This document shows positions 56,458-64,000 of a DNA stretch of 64,000 nt, piece after piece; position 1 is the first letter of the stretch, and every line of letters begins with the position of its first letter. The notes below the pieces were generated by a model that ran no database searches, was not told the DNA's origin, and saw only the letters and a list, made by a program, of their open reading frames with translations. Location of the stretch: positions 992,001-1,056,000 of the forward strand of contig CBDBEV010000001.1 of assembly GCA_965204535.1 (NCBI GenBank), in the 5' to 3' direction. The stretch comes from a bacterium (GTDB taxonomy: Bacteria; UBA8248). Made by a program: the position numbers and the translations under genes.

Positions 56458-58806
56458 ATGCCGGACGCCTCCGCTTCTCCTGAGAATTCTTCCGTAACGG
56501 CCCGGCTCGAGCGCGCGCTGTTCTCGCACCGCAAGCGGGTGCTCGCGGCGTTTCTCATCGTCACGCTGGCGATGGCCTGGCTGGCGGCGGGGCTGCGCGT
56601 CGATGCGGGCTTCACCAAGCTGATTCCGCTCGAACACGAGTACATGCGCACCTTCGTCAAGCACCGCGCCGCTTTCGGCGGGGCGGACCGCGTGGCGGTG
56701 GCGCTCGTCGCGCGGAAGGGCGACATCTTCACGCCGGAGTTCTTCGCCCTGCTCCAGAAGGTGAACGACGCCGTATTCTTCCTGCCGGGCGTCGACCGCA
56801 CCCAGGTCTATTCGGTGGTGACGCCGAACGTGCGCTACAACGAGGTGGTCGAGGACGGCATCGTCGCGGGCAACGTGCTGCCCGCGGACTTCAAGCCGAC
56901 CAGAGCCGGCCTCGCGCGGGTGCGCGAGAACATCATCAAGGCGGGAATCGTGGGCCGGCTGGTGGCGAACGATTTCTCGGGCGCGCTCGTGAGCGCGAGA
57001 CTCCAGGAGTTCCATCCGAACACCGGGGAGCGGCTCGATTATCTCGAAGTCGCGCGCGCGCTCGAGGTCATCCGCCGCGACGCAGAAGCCGGCGGCGTCG
57101 CGAAAGTCCACATCATCGGGTTCGCCAAGGTCGTGGGCGAAATCGCGGACGGCGCGGCCCAGGTGCTGCTCTTCTTCGGCCTCGCCGTCGTGATCACCGC
57201 CCTTTTCGTGTACGCCTACACCCGATCGGTCCGCCTCACGGCGATGCCGCTGGCGTGCTCGCTCGTCGCGGTGGTGTGGCAACTCGGCGCGCTCACGGCT
57301 CTCGGCTTCGGCGTCGACCCGATGTCGATCCTGGTGCCGTTTCTGGTGTTCGCCATCGGGGTGAGCCACGGGGTGCAGATGGTGAACGCGGTGGGGGCCG
57401 AAGGGGGCGGCGGCGTCCGCGCCGCGCGGGCGAGCTTTCGCCGCCTGCTGCTGCCGGGTTCGGTGGCGCTGGCCTCGGACGCCATCGGCTTCGTGGCCAT
57501 CGCGCTCATCCCCGTGCGCGTCATCCAGGAGATCGCCGTCACCGCCAGCCTGGGCGTGGCGGCGATCATCCTCACGAACCTGGGGCTTCTGCCGGTGGCG
57601 CTTTCCTTCCTCAAGCCGGGGGAGGGCGGGGAGCGCGCGGCCTCACCGGGGCTTTTGGCGGGTCTCTGGAAGCGCGCCGCGCGGGCGGCCAGGCCGCGCC
57701 CCGCGGTCGCGACGATAGCCGTCGCCGCCGTCCTGCTCGCTCTCGGCGCGCGCTATGCGCCCGAGGTCCGCGTGGGCGATCAGCACCAGGGCGTGCCGGA
57801 GTTGCGCGCGACTTCCACTTATAACCGCGATACCGCCGCCATCGTCGAGCGCTTCAACATCGGCGTGGACGTGTTGACGGTGATCGTCGAGACCATCTCC
57901 CAGGGGTGCGTCGATTACCGCGTGATGCGCCTCATCGACGAGTTCGAGTGGCGCATGCGGAACGTGGCGGGCGTGCGCTCGGTGGTCGCGCTGCCCGGCA
58001 TCGTCCGCAAGCTGAACGCGGGCTGGAACGAGGGCAGCCTCAAGTGGCGCGCGCTGCCGCGCAACCGCCACGCGCTCGCCGAGTCGGTCTCCCTCGTGCC
58101 GACGAGCACCGGACTCCTGAACGGCGACTGCTCGGCGATGCCGGTGCGCATCTACACCGCCGACCACAAGGCGGAGACCATCCGCCGGGTCGTCTCCGCC
58201 GTCGAGGCGTTCAACCGGGCGGAGCGCGATGAGCGCACCACCTTTCGCCTCGCCTCGGGGAACGTCGGGGTGATGGCGGCGACGAACGAGGAGATAGAGG
58301 CGTCGCAGTTCCCGATCCTGGGCTACGTCTACGCGGCGGTCATCCTGCTCTGCCTGGTCTCGTTCCGCTCCGCCGCGGCGACCGCCTGCATCATCGCGCC
58401 CCTGGCGCTCGTCTCGCTCCTCGCCTACGCGCTGATGGCGTTTCTGGAGATCGGCCTCAAGGTCTCGACGCTTCCCGTGGTGGCCCTGGGGGTCGGCATC
58501 GGCGTGGATTACGGGATATACATCTGCGGGCGGCTTCTCGCCTATATGAGGGAGGGTCTCGATTTCGCCGCCGCCTACGAACGCACCCTCGCCACCACGG
58601 GGGCGGGCGTGGTGCTCACCGGCCTCACGCTGGCGGTGGGGGTGGCGACCTGGATATTCGCGCCGCTCAAGCTCCAGGCCGATATGGGGACGGTGCTCTC
58701 GTTCATGTTCCTCGTCAACATGGTGGGCGCCATCGCGCTCCTGCCCGCCCTGGGCGCGTTTCTGATGCGGGCGAAGAAGGCGAGAGGAGAGCGGGCGGGG
58801 GCGTAG
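56458..58806 (+). CDS. MMPL/RND-family transporter
   Basis: Two TM bundles, FAIGVSHGVQ, GIGVDYGIY; canonical partner of DUF1302/DUF1329/YCF48. Confidence 0.9.
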   Translation: MPDASASPENSSVTARLERALFSHRKRVLAAFLIVTLAMAWLAAGLRVDAGFTKLIPLEHEYMRTFVKHRAAFGGADRVAVALVARKGDIFTPEFFALLQKVNDAVFFLPGVDRTQVYSVVTPNVRYNEVVEDGIVAGNVLPADFKPTRAGLARVRENIIKAGIVGRLVANDFSGALVSARLQEFHPNTGERLDYLEVARALEVIRRDAEAGGVAKVHIIGFAKVVGEIADGAAQVLLFFGLAVVITALFVYAYTRSVRLTAMPLACSLVAVVWQLGALTALGFGVDPMSILVPFLVFAIGVSHGVQMVNAVGAEGGGGVRAARASFRRLLLPGSVALASDAIGFVAIALIPVRVIQEIAVTASLGVAAIILTNLGLLPVALSFLKPGEGGERAASPGLLAGLWKRAARAARPRPAVATIAVAAVLLALGARYAPEVRVGDQHQGVPELRATSTYNRDTAAIVERFNIGVDVLTVIVETISQGCVDYRVMRLIDEFEWRMRNVAGVRSVVALPGIVRKLNAGWNEGSLKWRALPRNRHALAESVSLVPTSTGLLNGDCSAMPVRIYTADHKAETIRRVVSAVEAFNRAERDERTTFRLASGNVGVMAATNEEIEASQFPILGYVYAAVILLCLVSFRSAAATACIIAPLALVSLLAYALMAFLEIGLKVSTLPVVALGVGIGVDYGIYICGRLLAYMREGLDFAAAYERTLATTGAGVVLTGLTLAVGVATWIFAPLKLQADMGTVLSFMFLVNMVGAIALLPALGAFLMRAKKARGERAGA

Positions 58807-59535
58807 GGGATTGTCGAAAAAGCCATCCCTGGTCGGAATGACGAACAAAACCGAATCGCATCCGTAGCGGACAGGCTCCTGCGCCTGTCCGAGGCCCCCG
58901 TGCCTGTCTTGACGAAGGACAACCACGGGAATGGATGTCTTCGGTACGGGCGGCCACGGGGGGCCGCCGCGGGGCGTAGGGACAACCCCCCGTGGTTGTC
59001 CGGGGCCGACGTGTCCGCCCGATTGGCCGGAAAACCAACCCCCCCTACCCCCCCTTGTCAGGGGGGTAAGAAAAAGCAACGCCCGCCAACGAGGGGGTGG
59101 AAGAAAAGCCCCCCTGCGTTGGTTCTTCCTTCATCAGTCAGCAATGACCCCCAAGGTATTTCACTCCCCCTTGAGGGGTCTGTTGAAAAAATCCCGTGGA
59201 GCAATTTTGGTTGAGCGCACGCTTTTGAAGTTCACTCCCCCCTTGAGGGTCTGGCTTCCCGAGGGGAAAGCCAGACCCTCAAGGGGGGAGTGAATCCTCT
59301 CTGCTGAATAACAAACAAGTCTGAAAGGGGGAGTGAATTTAGGATTCTCCCTGGTGGAGGGAATAACCCCCCCTACCCCCCCTTATCAGGGGGGTATGAA
59401 AAAGCAAGACCCCAAAAAAGGATCAACTCCCCCCTCAAAGAAGGAGTGGTTCTTCCTCTTTCAGCGGATGAGTCAAACCCTTATCGGGGGAGGGGTCTTT
59501 CTTACCCCCCTGTCAAGGGGGGGGTAGGGGGGCAG
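58806..59535. repeat. Dense intergenic cluster of palindromic repeats and IS1182-like end fragments
   Basis: GTAGGGACAACCCCCCGTGGTTGTCC, three CCCCCCTACCCCCC(C)TT..CAGGGGGG-type copies, CACTCCCCC(C)TTGAG elements, GGTCTGTTGAAAAA. Confidence 0.75.
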
Positions 59536-59594
59536 GACAGCCCCGAGGAGGGGCTGTCCTTTCAAGGAGAGAGGCGGGCGCATCCGCTCGGGAA

Positions 59595-59628
59595 GAAAAA
59601 AAGGCCGACACCCCGCGAAGGGCCGGCG
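59595..59628 (-). terminator. Probable terminator of the lipoprotein transcript
   Basis: Minus strand GCCGGCCCTTCGCGGGGTGTCGGC followed by a T tract. Confidence 0.55.
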
Positions 59629-59886
59629 GAAGCGGGAGTTGCTGCGACACAATCCCTGAGGTCCGAGGCCCGGCCGAGCGGGGCGCCGGCCTGTCTGCAT
59701 GACGAAAACAGGGGCCGCCCGTTGTTCCCGTTCCCGGCTCGAGGACTCAAACTCACAGCAGGGAGCGGTACAGTTTGCTCTCACGAGAGAAGCAACCAAC
59801 GGGCAACCCCCTTTTCGCTCTCCTTCAATCCGCCCCGGCCCAGGGGCCGTGAAGCCCCGAAGCCATAGGCGTCCTGCTCTTCGCTG

Positions 59887-62589
59887 CTACTGCTGCTTGT
59901 TCGCACCGAACGCGCCGACCATGCGGCCGATGGTGCTGAACTCGGAATAGAAGGTTCCGGTCACCGTGGTCGGGATGTTGCTGCCGTCGCCGTCCGGGGC
60001 GTTTCCGGGCATTTCGTCGTACATCGTACCGCTCCACGTGCCGGACGCCAGCGCCTTGTTGCCGTTGATCGACCAGACCGTGGGGTCATTCGTAGGAGCC
60101 GTGATCGTTCCGCCTGAAGCGCCCAAGGCACCGCGGGCCAGCGCGACGCTCCAGCCCGGATCCTCGGACCCGTCGTTCAGCCGGAAGTTGTCGATCGTGC
60201 CGGTCACGCCGGCGGTCGCGCCGGTCCCGAACGTGGCTTTCAGTTCGGCATCCGCCGTGAAGTGGCCGCCGCTGCCGGTGCCGTCGAGCGGGTTGCTGAT
60301 GGCGAACTTGCCTGCGGCGTTGCCGACATAGGTCGCCGAGCCGGATATTGCGGTAAGGTCGCCGCCGGTGTCGAGATCGCCAGCGGTAGGCTCGACAACC
60401 CCAACGAACGCGCTGGCCGCCTTCGGCACGCCGTCATTGTTCTTCCTCACCCACCAGCCGAAGTACAGGTACTCGGCATCGGGCTGATGCACCATCGCGC
60501 CCGTGTCGGGCTTGAAGTGCCAGGTTCCGGTCAATGCGCTCGGGGCACCGCTACCGTCGTTGGTCGAGGAGCAAGTCCCCGAGCAGCGGTACTCACCCGG
60601 TGCGCCGTCGTAGGTGCCTCGGATGTATACTGCCCTGCTTCTATCGGGAACCGGGTGATTCTGGGTTCCCGAGTGTGTAAAGGCATTCGCCCTTACAAGT
60701 GCGTATTCAGCATCAGTATCGACTAACAGCGAACCAGCATTATCATCGCCTGCCGGTAAAAGGGCGTGTTCTTGGCTGAACGGACGCGACCTCCCGGAGC
60801 CTCGGTTCGTGTAGACCCTGGCTTCGTTGGTGACCCTCGAGGTGCCAGTACCCGAGGTAAGGGCATAGTCCGTACCCGACCAGCCGCCCAACGCTCCGGC
60901 GGAATCGCCGGCCTTGAGAGCCACGGCATCAGGGTCTCCATCGGCGGTGGGAAGCGCTCCCGCGCCTGTCGTGGCATCAATCGAGAGGGTCGAAGTCAGC
61001 GCAGGTGAGCCAATGTTAGTCAGCGGGGTCGTGCCAGCATCGTCTGCTCCCAGCGCCGCGTGCATATCCTTGCCGAGTTTCGCGTTGGCCTTGTCCGCTT
61101 CCTTTTGCTTAGCGGCCATCGCCGCCGTGCGGGACGTCTTGGCAGCGGCTAGCTGCGGCTCGAGCGTGGCGAGCGTTCCCTTCGCGCTGGCAACGTCGGT
61201 ATCGCCCTCGGGGAGATCTTCCGCGCCCTCGATCGCCGCCTTGAGAGCGGCAATCGCCGCGTCCGCAGCAGCAACCTCGCTATCGGTCGAGTCGTCGCTC
61301 ACACCCGCGACCGCATTGCGGGCCATCGTGACGGCATTCGTGATCGCCGTGCGCTGGGCCGTCTGCCGACCGGCGCGGTCCATGCCGGTCTGCGCCGTTC
61401 TCACGGTCTCCGTGGCCGCCCCCAGTTGGGTCTGGTACGCGGCCTTTTCGGAATCGCTCAGGTGGGTCGCCGCCTCCAGCGCCGCCTTGAGCGCGTCAAC
61501 GGCAGCATCGGCCGCGGCGATCTTTGCCGCCGTGTCCAGATCGTCGAGGTCGATGTCGGCAAGGGCCGTGCCGGCTTCCGTCAGCGCCGTGCGCTGCCGG
61601 CCGACATTCCCGGCGAGAACCGTCTCCGCACGGTCCACCTTCCGCCGGGCCACCGTCATGTCGACGGTGGCGTCGAGCTTCTCGGCGTCGGTCAGATTGG
61701 TCGCCGCTTTCAACGCCAGATCAACCCCGGTGATGGCTGCCACGGCCGCATCGATCTGCGCCTCCGTCATCAGGTTGTCGAGGTCGAGAGCGGCAAGGAT
61801 AGCAACGGCATCGGCGAGCGCCGTCTTCTGGGCTGCGGTGTCGAACCTGCCCTGCGCCAGCATCACGGTCCGATCGGCTGTCGCCAGCTCGGTCATGGCC
61901 GCGGTCTTCTCGGCATCGCTCAGCTCCGTCGCCGCGGCCAGCGCCATGCGAAGCGCCTCGATGGCGGCCTGGGCGGCGTCGATCTTCTCCTTTGTCGACA
62001 GATCGGCCAGGTCGATTGCCCGAAGGGCCTCGACGGCACTCGTGAGCGCCGTCGTCTGGGCCGCATGGTCGAGAGTGCTCTGCGCGGCCGCCACGGTTGT
62101 CTCGGCGGCTGTCACCCGCCCCTGATACATCGCCTTGTCGGCGTCGCTCACGTCGGCCGCCGCCGCCAGCGCCGCCTTGAGCGCGGCGATGGCGATTTTC
62201 GCGGCGGCGATGGCATCCGCGTCCGGCAGGTCGGACGTGTCGACATTGCCGGCCGCGTTCGCCAAAGCCATTTTCTGCGCATCGACCCGAGCCATCATGG
62301 CCAGGGCCGCCACGCGCGCGGCGACCTTCGTGTTCAGGTCCTGGAGCTGCGCGCCTGAGATGCCGGCGGCCACCGCCGTGGCGACCGCCGCCTGTGCGGC
62401 TTCCGCCGTCTCGGCCGCCGCGATTGCATCAACCGCCGCCTCATAAGCTGTCGGCATCGCTGGCGGATCCGGGTCCGGCGCAGCAGCGCTGCCGCCGCCG
62501 CCACCGCCGCAGCCGGCCAGCGTCAGCGCGAAGAGCGCCGCCAGCGCGAAAGCGTAAAACTTGTTTATCGATTTCTCTTTGAACATCAT
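59887..62589 (-). CDS. Large surface lipoprotein with five helical repeats and a C-terminal transferrin-binding-protein-like beta-barrel
   Basis: AGGAGG RBS; lipobox LAGC then poly-Gly; YLYFGWW, SATYVG.AAG, FTADAELKA.FG, C-terminal MVGAFGANKQQ. Confidence 0.82.
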   Translation of the reverse strand: MMFKEKSINKFYAFALAALFALTLAGCGGGGGGSAAAPDPDPPAMPTAYEAAVDAIAAAETAEAAQAAVATAVAAGISGAQLQDLNTKVAARVAALAMMARVDAQKMALANAAGNVDTSDLPDADAIAAAKIAIAALKAALAAAADVSDADKAMYQGRVTAAETTVAAAQSTLDHAAQTTALTSAVEALRAIDLADLSTKEKIDAAQAAIEALRMALAAATELSDAEKTAAMTELATADRTVMLAQGRFDTAAQKTALADAVAILAALDLDNLMTEAQIDAAVAAITGVDLALKAATNLTDAEKLDATVDMTVARRKVDRAETVLAGNVGRQRTALTEAGTALADIDLDDLDTAAKIAAADAAVDALKAALEAATHLSDSEKAAYQTQLGAATETVRTAQTGMDRAGRQTAQRTAITNAVTMARNAVAGVSDDSTDSEVAAADAAIAALKAAIEGAEDLPEGDTDVASAKGTLATLEPQLAAAKTSRTAAMAAKQKEADKANAKLGKDMHAALGADDAGTTPLTNIGSPALTSTLSIDATTGAGALPTADGDPDAVALKAGDSAGALGGWSGTDYALTSGTGTSRVTNEARVYTNRGSGRSRPFSQEHALLPAGDDNAGSLLVDTDAEYALVRANAFTHSGTQNHPVPDRSRAVYIRGTYDGAPGEYRCSGTCSSTNDGSGAPSALTGTWHFKPDTGAMVHQPDAEYLYFGWWVRKNNDGVPKAASAFVGVVEPTAGDLDTGGDLTAISGSATYVGNAAGKFAISNPLDGTGSGGHFTADAELKATFGTGATAGVTGTIDNFRLNDGSEDPGWSVALARGALGASGGTITAPTNDPTVWSINGNKALASGTWSGTMYDEMPGNAPDGDGSNIPTTVTGTFYSEFSTIGRMVGAFGANKQQ

Positions 62590-62819
62590 TTAGTGAGTCC
62601 TCCTGAATACACAGTAGAAAAAGGGATCTTCAGTGAATTTCCGGCTTTCTCCGATTAACCTCCTTTCGTCAGCTTTTATTTCGGGCCTTCACAAACTGAT
62701 TCGTATCTCGGGCCGCCTGAAATACGGCGGACTTGAACCCTTTCATGCTCCGGGCCGGTAGTGAGTCTTTCCGCGAGAGGCGGATTCCTGCGGTATGCGT
62801 CCACTTCGAACCCGGGCTG

Positions 62820-62847
62820 GTGACCGCTAATTACTGTTACCGGACCC
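62820..62847. promoter_or_regulatory. Candidate site-specific recombination site A (GTGACCGCTAA-TTACTG-TTACCGGACCC)
   Basis: Arm / 6-bp spacer / arm; core TAATTACTGTTA (62828-62839) is the exact reverse complement of 63007-63018. Confidence 0.6.
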
Positions 62848-62972
62848 CAGAAACCCCGTTTTCCGCCGGAAAACCCGTTTCGGGGCGCATTCGGGCCGCA
62901 AACAAGCGAAAGATGAGCGAAAAAAGACGCAAAATGGCGCCCGAAACCCCTCCGGGGACCCCGGAATTGCGC

Positions 62973-63000
62973 TTGACATGGCCGTGAGAGGTGTTATATT
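62973..63000 (+). promoter_or_regulatory. Sigma70 promoter TTGACA-16-TATATT with extended -10 TG
   Basis: Perfect -35 and near-consensus -10, located between the two inverted sites. Confidence 0.65.
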
Positions 63001-63026
63001 TTCTGATAACAGTAATTATCGGACTC
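62999..63026. promoter_or_regulatory. Candidate site-specific recombination site B (TTTTCTGATAA-CAGTAA-TTATCGGACTC)
   Basis: Arm / 6-bp spacer / arm with spacer inverted relative to site A. Confidence 0.6.
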
Positions 63027-63171
63027 CAGAAAAGCCGTTTCGGTCGGAATCGACCGCCGACGTCATCCCTGCGCGGTTATATATGCGGATGACGGCCCTT
63101 CATGTATCGCCGAACCCCGGAATGACAATGGAAAGCCGCACCTGCGGGTCGTTGCGATTTACGTGGTTTCT

Positions 63172-63230
63172 GTAGGGACAGGCCCCCGTGCCTGTTCCCG
63201 CCAGGGACAACCACGGGGGGTTGTCCCTGC
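63172..63230. repeat. GTAGGGAC-type REP doublet
   Basis: GTAGGGACAGGCCCCCGTGCCTGT...GGGACAACCACGGGGGGTTGTCCCTGC; same family at 30638, 36351 and 58976. Confidence 0.75.
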
Positions 63231-63398
63231 AATCCCACATTCTTCAAGCAGCAAACCGCAATCGCTCCCTCATCGGTCGCGTTCGACCTGCGCGCCTGCG
63301 AACGCCGTATTGCTGCAGTCGTGTCGAATGGAAAGTCGGTTCAGTATGGACTTGAGCGCCTGCTCATCCGGGCGGTGGTTGTTTGTTTCACGTCGCCG

Positions 63399-63417
63399 TG
63401 CTATCATAATGATGGCA
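63399..63417. promoter_or_regulatory. Probable antitoxin operator TGCTATCA-TAA-TGATGGCA
   Basis: Inverted repeat overlapping a CATAAT -10 upstream of the TA pair; half-site matches the FitA-type TGCTATCA. Confidence 0.6.
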
Positions 63418-63452
63418 TTTCTTTCTGAGGAAAAAAGAAAAAGGAGAATGCG

Positions 63453-63713
63453 ATGGCGACGCTCAATGTGCGGCAACTCGACGACGACGTAGTTCGGCGC
63501 CTCAAGCGGCGCGCCGCCGCCAACAACCGTTCCCTGGAAGGCGAGGTGCGCCACATTCTCGAAAACGCGGTCGAAGATGACATGGCAGCGAAACGCGCAT
63601 CCTTCCCGGCTTTGGCCGCACGGTTGCAGCGGGAGACCGAAGGCCGCGCACAAACGCCTTCGGAGGTCCTGATTCGCGAAGATCGCGAACGCGGACATCG
63701 CGTCATCCAATGA
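63453..63713 (+). CDS. Ribbon-helix-helix (Arc/FitA-like) antitoxin
   Basis: MATLNVRQLDDDV..RLK.RAA.NNRSLE.EVR.IL ... SEVLIREDR. Confidence 0.9.
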   Translation: MATLNVRQLDDDVVRRLKRRAAANNRSLEGEVRHILENAVEDDMAAKRASFPALAARLQRETEGRAQTPSEVLIREDRERGHRVIQ

Positions 63714-64000
63714 GTCTGGTGGTCGACGCCAGCGTTGCGGTCAAATGGCTGGTCGCGGAAGAGGATTCGGGATCGGCGAATCGATTGGCGGCGGGCGCCG
63801 AGGATTTGCACGCACCGCGCCTGATGGCCTCGGAGGTGGCCAACACGCTTTGGCGCAAGGCCCGGAGCGGCGAGATAGAACGCGACCGCGCCGGCGTATT
63901 GATGGCCGCTTTAACGGAGATGCCCGTTCGCTGGAACGTCGACGAAACGCTTTGCGCGGACGCGGTTCGTCTCGCGCTGGCGCTCGACAGGCCGGTTTAC
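63710..64000 (+). CDS. PIN-domain VapC/FitB-like toxin (3' truncated by window edge)
   Basis: ATGA overlap; MSLVVDASVAVKW...APRLMASEVANTLWRK...LALALDRPVY. Confidence 0.9.
   Translation, partial: MSLVVDASVAVKWLVAEEDSGSANRLAAGAEDLHAPRLMASEVANTLWRKARSGEIERDRAGVLMAALTEMPVRWNVDETLCADAVRLALALDRPVY

Noticed and set aside
58806-59535. Possible CRISPR array or small ORFs in the repeat-rich region
   Set aside because: No regularly spaced identical repeats with unique spacers and no cas genes; the ORFs are translations of palindromic repeats
59715-59805. tRNA-like T-arm sequence on the minus strand
   Set aside because: No convincing cloverleaf, GTTC motif or acceptor stem
62991-63020. Fur/Zur/NikR box reading of GTGTTAT...ATAACAGTAATTATC
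   Set aside because: Spacing does not fit the canonical boxes and does not explain the inverted-spacer partner at 62828; kept only as an alternative hypothesis

Overview
High-GC bacterial chromosome segment, probably from a diderm (the gene set and repeat families suggest a Nitrospinota/Tectomicrobia-like lineage; inference only). It starts in a decayed prophage head-tail module (Mu gpT-like capsid end, neck genes, tail tube split by an IS1182-family element with a 6-bp TSD, tail chaperones, no tape measure gene). Next come a complete F420 biosynthesis operon (cofG-cofH-frhB-like-nitroreductase-cofD-cofC-cofE), many catabolic/redox genes, a second IS1182 nested in palindromic repeats, glgX-glgB, tRNA-Cys, hemE-hemH-hemY, a leuCD-like pair, a sugar-type ABC transporter, a DUF1302-DUF1329-YCF48-MMPL cluster, a 900-aa repeat-containing surface lipoprotein and a FitAB/VapBC-type TA pair. 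Intergenic regions carry composite MITE/REP structures with IS1182-like ends. The most striking unexplained structure is a ~190-bp segment upstream of the surface lipoprotein (62828-63018). It holds a near-consensus sigma70 promoter pointing away from the gene and is bounded by two tyrosine-recombinase-like sites with inverted 6-bp spacers, making it a candidate phase-variable invertible promoter, currently OFF, with no recombinase gene in the window.
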